Source of the DNA: Girardia tigrina
Lineage: Eukaryota
NCBI GenBank assembly: GCA_001938485.1
Contig: MQRK01239088.1
Span: forward strand, 1-59,721
DNA length: 59,721 bases
Reading direction: 5' to 3'
Position 1 is the stretch's first letter. Every line of letters starts with the position of its first letter. Under the pieces are notes generated by a model. That model worked only from the letters and a program-made list of their open reading frames with translations. It ran no database searches and was not told where the DNA came from. Shown here piece by piece: positions 52,901 to 59,721 of this stretch. The position numbers were made by a program, and so were the translations under genes.

Positions 52901-54524
52901 ATTTAATTTAAATTTTATTGGCTGAAATAAAATATTTTTATAGTCATTCTTAAACATTAATTTGATTTTAATTATTTAAAAATTTACAAAATAAAATCAA
53001 TTTTTGATAAACATATGATACATACTATTTTAAATGACCTAAATCATTCTATCATAGTATATATTACAATTAGTAATTGATCGTTTATTTAATTTTTTAA
53101 CCTTTAGAAACATCATGAAAAATTATAATTTCGTGTTCTTTAATATCATTATTAGAAACATGTCTTTGATGAAGAGACAGCAAAAACAAAGATATATGAA
53201 GTTGAAGGTTCCATAAAAATGATTGAACTCAAAACTCAAAAGTGTGTAGAGAGATGTCGAAATTTGCTAAAAAATCAGCACGATGACCGTTTTATTAACA
53301 AATTTGTTACTTGTAACGAAACGTAGATAAATTTTAACGATCAAACAAGCAAACTCTATGGTTGAACACCGGGCTTATGGAAAAACAGTAGCGAAAAGAG
53401 ATCTACTTTCAAGGAAGACACTTTTGTGCGTTTGATGGAATTACGAAGACATATTTCAACGAAAGTGTAAAATTAATTTTGAAAATTTTGCATACTTTCC
53501 AACAATATATCAGCTATTACACATCATTTCTCCTGCAATGTGTTCCCCTCATTGATAATCCATAAAACTTTCAGCAATGTTAAACTTGACAGACTTTCTC
53601 TAATAAAAAGCAAAGTTTTATTTATGGTTCTCAAATCTCCGAATTATCTTATCAAAAAATTAAAAAAGATATTATTCCAACTAACTAATTTTGAAATACA
53701 ATATACCTTCTTATATTTGAAATGAGAATTTTTTCGGTCTGACCTTTAATATTCATATTTTTTAATAAAAACAAGAATAATATTTTACATAGTTTTAAAA
53801 ATAAAGGATTATAATTTTCCATAAATAATTTACGATTATAATTATCACTCCCGAATTGATTCTTAAAACAAGTGATTTAAAAGGTCAATTTTAAAGTAAA
53901 AAATAATAATTTAGTTAAAAATAAATAAAATTTAAACCAAAGCTTTTAATAAAAAAAAATCATTGATATTATTTCCTTTTTTCATAATTAGATATTAAAA
54001 GATTCTACAAAATAAATTCGTAAAATTTTTAAAAATAGGAATTATTACTAAAGGTGAATCTATTCCTCCAATGAAGGAAAATCCTAAATCTCGTTGATTA
54101 ACCCTCGTTATTTCAATTTCACAAGGTTCTCCTTCGATAACTTGATTTCTCTCTTTTGAACAATCTAAAACCAGAAATAATATTACTAACCTTAATCTTG
54201 AGAGTGGAAAGAAATCTACCTTTCTTTAAATTACAATCACTTTCATCTCCATTTTCATTGTTATCATCAATATTTGATTTGAAATTGTAGACATCATTTG
54301 CTATGGGATCACGCCCATTCTCGGCATCCTTATATTTACACTCCCATTGATGAGTTGAAAAACTGTTTCGTGAACCTTGAAAAGTACATCCTATACTGGC
54401 GTTAATGCAGGGCATTACAGCTCCACGACACTTATATTTGAGATGATTATACAAATTGTTACGGTACAAAATTTCTTCGCAGTAGTCCACATTCGGACAA
54501 ACTACTTTTAGTTTATCCAATAAT
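6280..54524 (-). CDS. LNX: LNX1/2-like E3 ubiquitin ligase (zinc fingers + 4 PDZ); 11 exons in window, 5' RING exon(s) outside window
   Basis: Exons 54524-54220, 54164-54049, 44298-44215, 44163-44043, 43984-43918, 28306-28159, 23391-23107, 22044-21853, 20364-20056, 20009-19936 and 6415-6280 all have GT-AG boundaries with matching phases (1837 nt = 1 + 612 codons). LNX hallmarks: [11 protein letters not shown]......[28 protein letters not shown] and C-terminal ISWPGTIV. Confidence 0.93.
6708..7469. mobile_element. piggyBac-like non-autonomous element
   Basis: TTAA on both sides (6704-6707, 7470-7473); termini CCCTTTCA / TGAAAGAG; internal repeat TATTGTCCCAGAG x2. Confidence 0.6.
7500..7842 (+). 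mobile_element. Mariner N-terminal (HTH) pseudogene fragment
   Basis: [50 protein letters not shown]...[11 protein letters not shown], with stops. Confidence 0.82.
8450..8960 (-). mobile_element. Degraded mariner N-terminal remnant
   Basis: VIRFFLMK...[17 protein letters not shown]...DRP, frameshifted; boundaries approximate. Confidence 0.6.
12545..14154 (+). mobile_element. pogo/Tigger-like internally deleted element
   Basis: TA|CAGTGCCCCCCCCCAGTAAACCGCGG ... CCGCGGTTTATTGGGGATGACACTG|TA TIRs; ORF 13438-13845 is a Tigger acidic C-terminus ending QKRITDF. Confidence 0.88.
15692..16156. mobile_element. Solo LTR (465 bp) with 5-bp TSD
   Basis: Termini TGT...ACA; GTTGA duplicated at 15687-15691 and 16157-16161; further copies elsewhere in window. 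Confidence 0.82.
16758..16985. mobile_element. MITE (hAT-like termini) inserted in the Tigger ORF
   Basis: Reverse-complement match to 57777-57994; interrupts ATFKH|YYIKLAF. Confidence 0.75.
19161..19200 (-). ncRNA. Minimal type I hammerhead ribozyme (Penelope pLTR)
   Basis: CUGAAGA-U-GGUGGA(AAA)UCCACC-GAAA-UAUAUU; perfect stem II, palindromic stem III. Confidence 0.8.
19751..19790 (+). ncRNA. Minimal hammerhead ribozyme (inverted pLTR copy)
   Basis: CUGAAGA-U-GGUGGA(AAA)UUUACC-GAAA-UAUAUU; two G-U pairs in stem II. Confidence 0.78.
19936..20009 (-). CDS. LNX: LNX exon: PDZ4 middle
   Basis: Follows a 46-nt intron; [24 protein letters not shown](K), phase 2. Confidence 0.88.
20056..20364 (-). 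CDS. LNX: LNX exon: PDZ3 end, PSWxxWL motif, PDZ4 start
   Basis: [28 protein letters not shown]...[10 protein letters not shown]...[19 protein letters not shown]. Confidence 0.92.
21257..21710. mobile_element. Second copy of the same LTR, opposite orientation, one terminus eroded
   Basis: Begins TGTTAAGAGAAC; near-identical to reverse complement of 15692-16156. Confidence 0.85.
21853..22044 (-). CDS. LNX: LNX exon: PDZ3 first half
   Basis: MQYDNS...[47 protein letters not shown]; tttcag/gtattt. Confidence 0.9.
23107..23391 (-). CDS. LNX: LNX exon: PDZ2 end and Ser/Gly-rich linker
   Basis: 95 open codons, [20 protein letters not shown]...HVSTDRM, ttttag/gtattt, phase 0/0; not in ORF track. 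Confidence 0.88.
24450..25353 (+). mobile_element. Degraded Tc1/mariner-superfamily element
   Basis: [12 protein letters not shown]...[23 protein letters not shown] and [20 protein letters not shown]; terminal ACACTG|TA. Confidence 0.65.
25481..25636. repeat. (CA)n/(TA)n microsatellite with gap
   Basis: Seen directly; other (TA)n runs at 1521-1547, 14583-14611 and 49852-49984. Confidence 0.95.
28159..28306 (-). CDS. LNX: LNX exon: PDZ2 core
   Basis: Phase-2 acceptor gcttag; [49 protein letters not shown]; donor gtttgt. Confidence 0.92.
29055..29996 (-). mobile_element. Degraded mariner
   Basis: TIRs TTAGGTTGGCAAAAAAGTT / AACTTTTTGGCCACCAAA; [22 protein letters not shown]. Confidence 0.8.
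31370..32330 (-). mobile_element. Mutator/MULE transposase remnant
   Basis: [31 protein letters not shown] (MULE core); C-terminal SWIM-like [14 protein letters not shown] and [11 protein letters not shown]. Confidence 0.8.
33832..33941 (-). CDS. Candidate alternative first coding exon of LNX with hydrophobic leader
   Basis: ATG in aaATGA context; [36 protein letters not shown]; CAG|GTAACT donor in phase 2, matching the acceptor at 28306. Confidence 0.45.
34920..35809 (-). mobile_element. Degraded mariner-like element
   Basis: [18 protein letters not shown] and PGRRINS remnants; TIR-like CGTCGTTCGTCCAAAAGGTTCGTG; boundaries approximate. Confidence 0.55.
37432..38511 (-). mobile_element. Mariner DD34D transposase, largely open, 3'-truncated
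   Basis: Open frame from about 38325: [44 protein letters not shown] (34 residues between D2 and D3); ATG out of frame by 1; putative 5' TIR near 38482-38511. Confidence 0.92.
39560..40200 (+). mobile_element. Degraded Penelope-like 3' fragment with decayed hammerhead
   Basis: [27 protein letters not shown]; CTGACGAT-CCAAC..GTGG-CGAAC at 40123-40148, then AATAAA and a pLTR-like tail. Confidence 0.65.
42527..42568 (+). ncRNA. Minimal hammerhead ribozyme (solo pLTR-like)
   Basis: AUUG-CUGAUGA-U-GAUGU(AUAUAA)ACAUC-GAAA-CAUUUC-CAAU; stems I and II pair perfectly. Confidence 0.72.
42660..43855 (+). mobile_element. Degraded Penelope-like element (RT thumb + GIY-YIG) with inverted partial 5' pLTR
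   Basis: [16 protein letters not shown]; [20 protein letters not shown]; 42660-42735 is an inverted copy of the 3' end. Confidence 0.8.
43775..43813 (+). ncRNA. Minimal hammerhead ribozyme (Penelope pLTR)
   Basis: GGC-CUGAAGA-U-GUCAGA(UGA)UCUGCC-GAAA-GAUAUU-GUC; one stem II mismatch. Confidence 0.68.
43918..43984 (-). CDS. LNX: LNX exon: PDZ2 start
   Basis: Follows a 58-nt intron; (E)[21 protein letters not shown](K); donor gtaagt, phase 2. Confidence 0.88.
44043..44163 (-). CDS. LNX: LNX exon: PDZ1 end
   Basis: Follows a 51-nt intron; [40 protein letters not shown]. Confidence 0.9.
44215..44298 (-). CDS. LNX: LNX exon: PDZ1 middle
   Basis: [28 protein letters not shown], phase 0/0. Confidence 0.9.
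44878..45034. repeat. Near-perfect 157-bp palindrome
   Basis: Arms of about 78 bp centred at 44957 (...TAATGTCTAAT C ATTAGACATTA...). Confidence 0.9.
46411..47387 (+). mobile_element. 5'-truncated RTE-clade LINE (RT C-terminal part)
   Basis: [45 protein letters not shown]; TSD ATTTAGTAATTA at 46399-46410 and 47388-47399; internal deletion near 46692. Confidence 0.93.
47780..48157 (-). pseudogene. BTB/POZ-domain pseudogene fragment
   Basis: [24 protein letters not shown]...[28 protein letters not shown] fits the BTB consensus; frameshifts and stops on both sides. Confidence 0.72.
48546..48904 (-). mobile_element. Non-autonomous Helitron (359 bp)
   Basis: Minus strand: A|TC 5' end, GC hairpin GGCCGCGAAGCGGGCC, then CTAG|T 3' end. 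Confidence 0.78.
49330..49830 (+). mobile_element. Very degraded Penelope-like 3' end with mutated hammerhead
   Basis: TATTG-CTGATGA-T-AAAGC(TGGAA)GCTGC-AAAACATGTT-CAATA at 49784-49826 (G12 lost, stem I intact, palindromic stem III). Confidence 0.5.
51080..51400 (+). mobile_element. Tigger C-terminal remnant
   Basis: [33 protein letters not shown]; KSKQLKLHF tail. Confidence 0.6.
52737..52998. mobile_element. Partial third copy of the same LTR
   Basis: TGTTAAGAGAACTCACACATTTGACAG... matches 21257-21520. Confidence 0.85.
53150..53510 (+). mobile_element. Degraded mariner fragment
   Basis: [27 protein letters not shown]; KTLLCV*WNYE. Confidence 0.7.
54049..54164 (-). CDS. LNX: LNX exon: start of PDZ1
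   Basis: Follows a 55-nt intron; [39 protein letters not shown]; donor gtaata. Confidence 0.9.
54220..54524 (-). CDS. LNX: LNX exon: post-RING zinc finger, second TRAF-like zinc finger, acidic linker
   Basis: atttag acceptor; [64 protein letters not shown]...NLKK; donor G|gtagat. Confidence 0.92.
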
Positions 54525-54550
54525 CTAAATTAATATAAAAACATTTTAAA

Positions 54551-55153
54551 AAGCTTTGATTTCTAATTCAGGAACTTAAAAGCCAAATAAACAAATAATA
54601 TTAAAATAAATAATAATAAAACAAATATTAGATGTATAAATAGTACAAAAAAATTTCAATTGTATTAAATTTAAGAATTGAGTGTAACAAATATTTAGAG
54701 TGGAATTTTATAAAAGTGTAAAAACTAGAAATTTTGCGTAAGTAAAGAATATTTTCATATAGAAATCTCTAATTACTGTTCGTATTATTAATATCTTGTA
54801 ATTGATAATTTGTGTAGATAGTATTAGTTTTTGGTTTTATGTAAAATATGTAACAAGCTTTGATTTCTAATTCAGGAACTTAAAAGCCAAATAAACAAAT
54901 AATATTAAAATAAATAATAATAAAACAAATATTAGATGTATAAATAGTACAAAAAAATTTCAATTGTATTAAATTTAAGAATTGAGTGTAACAAATATTT
55001 AGAGTGGAATTTTATAAAAGTGTAAAAACTAGAAATTTTGCGTAAGTAAAGAATATTTTCATATAGAAATCTCTAATTACTGTTCGTATTATTAATATCT
55101 TGTAATTGATAATTTGTGTAGATAGTATTAGTTTTTGGTTTTATGTAAAATAT
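54551..55153. repeat. Tandem duplication, 304-bp period
   Basis: AAGCTTTGATTTCTAATTCAGG... begins at both 54551 and 54855; copies appear identical over about 299 bp. Confidence 0.92.
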
Positions 55154-57776
55154 TTTAACTCTGAATTTATTCTTTTGTAAAGTTTACCAAAAAACCCTAA
55201 CACTTTCAATTAAAGTAAGGTTTCAGCTTTGTATGGAAATGTTACGACTTATAGTTTGTTGATATTTTGGAGGTCGTGCGTTGATTAAAATGAACAGTTG
55301 TAGTAAGATCTGTGATCGATATAGCTAACAAATTATGAGATCTGTGCCTTCGAGAATTTAATTTAATTTGTCACTATTGATCGATCTGGAAATTTGGTAT
55401 AAGTAATTTTTAATGTAAGTGGGATTTGTTTCCGAAAGGATATAGAAACTTCATAATCTGACATATAAGGTTCAAGTAGTACACTCTATATGTTAATATT
55501 TTTAGTAATATTCATTAACCGACTGAAAAATAATTTGACTTTGATATTTCTACGTACATATCAGCTACTGGTTGTTAGGCTCCAGATTTTGAGATCTTCT
55601 GACTGCTTCTTGCATAGTAATTTTGTGTTTAGTTTTTAATTCTTCATAATTCAATCAATGTATTGATTGAATATCAAAATAAAAAAATAATTATTAAGAT
55701 ATTTATATATATGTGTGTGTGTGGACAAAAGGACGCTTCAAATTAATATATTATTTGTAGTTTTTTTGCAATATATTTTTTCGTTTATTTAATTTTTATC
55801 GTTATTATTATTATTATTGCAGTTTAAAACAAATAATTCGCTTTTAGGAGCACTAGTAATTAAACTTCAAATTTAATCTTTTTCAGAACAGAATTAATGT
55901 AACATAATTTAGTCAAAGTATACTAAAATTAACAATTTAAACCGAAACTTATTTATTATTTATTCTACTGAATAACAAAATTATAGATTTTAAAGGTAAA
56001 AAGATGTGTTAAGTGGGCTGATTTTAGTAATATTTCATTTTAAAACAGCTCTGTTTTTATGATAGTATCAATTTTAAGACTTATTTATTTATCTTTTTCG
56101 CTTATTGTATTTAAATTTATGTTATTAAAATTGACATTCGAATATATTGTGTAAATTATCGAAATATAACCTAGAAAGCAGAATTTCAACAATCGGTCAT
56201 TTTTCAATTAAAACTAATAATAATTTATTCTTTTCAATACAAAAATGTTTTACCAAATTACTTTTTTAATTGATTTGCTATAAGTTTGTTTTTTTGTATA
56301 TTATAAAGGAAATTGTAATACAGAAAAAAATTATATATTGTATTAATTCCAAGGTTGACAAAAATATTAAAAATCATTTTATTGATATTCAATAATCCCC
56401 ATTGACGTTTGACCCCAATTGAGAACTTATATGGATACATGAATAATGAATCCTAAAACGAACTTCCAAACTCAGTTTGCAACAACTTTGTTTAATGTTA
56501 AAATATGTTGTAACAGTTTTAAATTACTTTAATTAAATAGTTTTAAAATTAACAATTACTACAAATATTTTAAATTTCAAAGAATACAGAAAGTTGTCCT
56601 TCGAAAATAAAAATTTATTATGTATAAATTATATTAGCAACATCACAATTTGAGTGTAAACATTTATTAACAACATAAAAATTTTCACTAGAAATTTCTG
56701 CGAGAATCTTCATTCTTGATTAATATGTTTTTTATATATCTATTCAAATCTTAAAATTAATTAATGCGACAAGATTAATATTAACTTTTAATTTCTCAAA
56801 ATTTTATTGAATAAAAATGCATGAAGTAATTTTTAAAATAAACTTTAGTTTTTAAAATATATTAAATTCAAAAACTTAAAATCGTTTACTAAAAATATTA
56901 TTAAAATTTATAATTATAAAACTTTTAATTAATTAGTATTTAAAAATTAATCTCATTAAATTAATTTCATTAGATTTAAATAATTAATCAATAAATTATC
57001 AATCCCATCTGAGTAGGAGAGTCTTAACCATTCTAAACAGCATACAAACAACAAACATACAACATTCCGAATTTTCCCTCACAAATTATATAAGTGATAA
57101 TAATATTACATTACCTAACAGAAGCTGTATCAAGCAATGATGAGACCAACAAGTTTAAAATTAAATTTTAATTGGAAAATAAAATTAATTGAAATTAGAC
57201 AAAATAATTTTTTGAATTAAATAAGACATTAATTCAATATTATATAGATACAAAATGTTATCTAAAGAAAAACTTTACTTACAGATATTATTATCATGTT
57301 AAGGAAAAACGTTAAAGCTTTTTTTAAGTACTGTGAAGTAATTGAATTTATTGTACTTAAAAATAAAACTTGTTACAAATTTCGTAGAATTGTTAAAATA
57401 ACGATGAAGAAGAAATTGATACAATTTTCAAATGATGTTAACCGTCGAAAATTTATATATCTTTATATAGAAGAATATGCTGCTGAGAAACTAATAATAA
57501 AATCTTACGACATAAATGATCAAATAAAGTCCATTTGATTTTATATAATTTTTTTAATTATTTAATTATAAAAATATTAAAAATTTACAAAACTTTATCT
57601 AATTCTTTGAATAAATAACTGAGGCGAATACATCTCTTCAACTTACACCTGATAAACCTATTTCATGTGATTCCTTCAAAGCTGTTTTTATAAATCCTAC
57701 TAATGAAATGTCGAAATCTTATTTTCTGACCATGTCAGAAGAATGACACAATTGTTTAGTTTTACAACATGATTAC

Positions 57777-57994
57777 TAGGGCACCGAATTTTATTATTAT
57801 TATTATTATTATTATTAATATTAATCATTGATAACAGATAATTGAGTGGGTGGCGCAGTAATGTGACTGTTACGGATTGATGACGGTGGCGACTCTATTG
57901 GCAGAGGGGAAGAACAAAATAATATCTCACCCGGAAAGAGAGGAAATAAAATAGTCATTTTTTGATTTTTAAGGTCATTAAATTCCGTGCCCTA
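57777..57994. mobile_element. 218-bp MITE with TAGGGCAC.GAATT TIRs
   Basis: TAGGGCACCGAATT...AATTCCGTGCCCTA; TGATTAC on both flanks; second copy at 16758. Confidence 0.8.
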
Positions 57995-59721
57995 ATTGAT
58001 TACATTATACATAATATATGAAATATTGTATTTACTTCAAACAATTAAAAAATAATATAATATTCATATATAATTAAATATTTGTAATTGAAACCTATTT
58101 GAAAACTTTCTTTTTTTAATAATGTACTTATTTAAAGTTAAATTTGCTTTTGAATGTACCATCATTTTGTTTAATAATTTGTAAAAAAATTAAGGTATGA
58201 GAATATAAGGAAACAACTAAAATAAGAATAAAATGAATATTTGGTAGATTTTTCTCTAAAATTAATCGAAAAAATATTATTTTTTATTTGAAGATGAACA
58301 TTTTAAGTTTAAAACATTTAATTGCTTTTTTTGCTATTTTTTCAGAATAAGTTTAAATATTTTTGTTAATTATTAAATCATAAAATTAGAGTAATCATTA
58401 TGAATAAAATATTTGTTCATTATTAATTATAAAACTAATCAATAAATCAGATTAAAATTAAATGGAATTTCAGTGAAATTTCGTGTGAAACTATCAATTG
58501 CAATAAATCGTCGCAGTTGTCGCTGAAAGTCTAATTTGGCTTTCCTCACTCTAATCACTATTTATTTTATTTATTTATTTACTTTTCTACAATAAAATTA
58601 ATTTTTAGCATTTGTAATTACTCTATTAAAAAATTATTTCTCAAATATAAATAAAGATTTTTGTGAAATGATATGCTGTATTCTATAGAAAGAAATCGTA
58701 AAATAAAACCGATAAATTATCAAACAAAGATTGTGGAACGTTCTTTGAAATTTCTTCTATTAAATCATATGTACCCGGGATACAGTAAAGTGACAGATTA
58801 TACCTTTGAACAATAAATACAAATATGTTCAAATGATCCTTCACTAGTTATTTGTCGTAAAATCAAACCTTCATCTCACATACTAATATTTTATTAGTAT
58901 TTTCAGTTTTTGCAAATAAATTCCAATGAAATATTCCTAATGTGGTACCTTCAGTCTTTGGAATTTGCTGCAATTTTATTCTTACAAATTCCATTGCGAA
59001 TCGAATCAGTGTAAAAACAACTCAAATATAATTAAGTTCTTCGAGGTTTTACATCCGTTACAATTAAATTTGTAAAACAGCTTGTAATTATATTAGCTTG
59101 TAATCAAGAAATCGATATTCGACTTATTTGCAAGGAAGGATTGAACTTTATATGTCATTCGAAACCACTTTTTGACCCCCTTTTTTTGCAAATTCTGTTT
59201 TTCCATTAATTTAAAATAAAATCATGAAAGATTAAAAGCTTACTGACAAAATTTCCAATTAATTAACATTTTATTATCTTACAGATTATATTATCATTGT
59301 GGACGATAGAAAATGAAAATCCGAAGCATGTACGATAATGAATTTCTTAAAAAAAACCTATATAAAAAATATTTTTCAAAAAAATATCAAATTAGCGTTC
59401 ACAAGAAATTGTATTTATATAAATATGTATAATTATATAATTTTAAGATTTTGATATAAATATAAAGCTTTTATTGTAAAATTAGTCCACTAAAATTATT
59501 TTAGTAAAAACAGAAATTTTAAATATTTTTTTAATAGTAAATTTCGGTTATTTTTAATAATAAAAGCTTTTTTACTTTAATATCTTGATATAATTTTTAA
59601 ATTAAAATATAAATATTTTACGTGTTTTAAGTTATATCATCTCATCATAATTCTGTTGTTTTTTTGTTTCATACAGACTACTCAGTAGGGGGAAAATGTA
59701 TGTTCTCCACCACACCCCCCC

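Noticed and set aside
58700-59340. Possible ancient Penelope remnant (similar traces at 22.4-22.9 and 55.2-55.6 kb)
   Set aside because: Too degraded to support without a profile search.
54527-59721. Searched for the LNX RING exon
   Set aside because: No C3HC4 coding pattern found; it presumably lies outside the window.
1-59721. CRISPR arrays, rRNA, tRNA, prokaryotic operons
   Set aside because: None seen; the sequence is intron-containing eukaryotic DNA.

Overview
Very AT-rich eukaryotic genomic DNA with N gaps and (TA)n runs; the 46-58 nt mini-introns and transposon content suggest a planarian flatworm (inference). About 48 kb is one minus-strand gene, an LNX1/2-type (Ligand of Numb X) RING/zinc-finger plus 4xPDZ E3 ligase. 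I reconstructed 11 phase-consistent GT-AG exons (54524 to 6280, 611 aa, ending WPGTIV); several are absent from the ORF track, and the RING exon lies beyond the right edge. The introns are full of decayed transposons: mariner/Tc1, pogo/Tigger, MULE, a piggyBac-like and an hAT-like MITE, a Helitron, an RTE LINE, solo LTRs, and Penelope-like elements carrying minimal hammerhead ribozymes. Most notable are: a candidate internal first exon encoding a signal-peptide-like leader that would splice in frame into PDZ2; a set of hammerhead motifs, including an inverted pair, with strand bias; a 4-exon spliced micro-gene at the left edge; a nested BTB pseudogene; and a 157-bp hairpin. All coordinates were read by hand and no searches were run.
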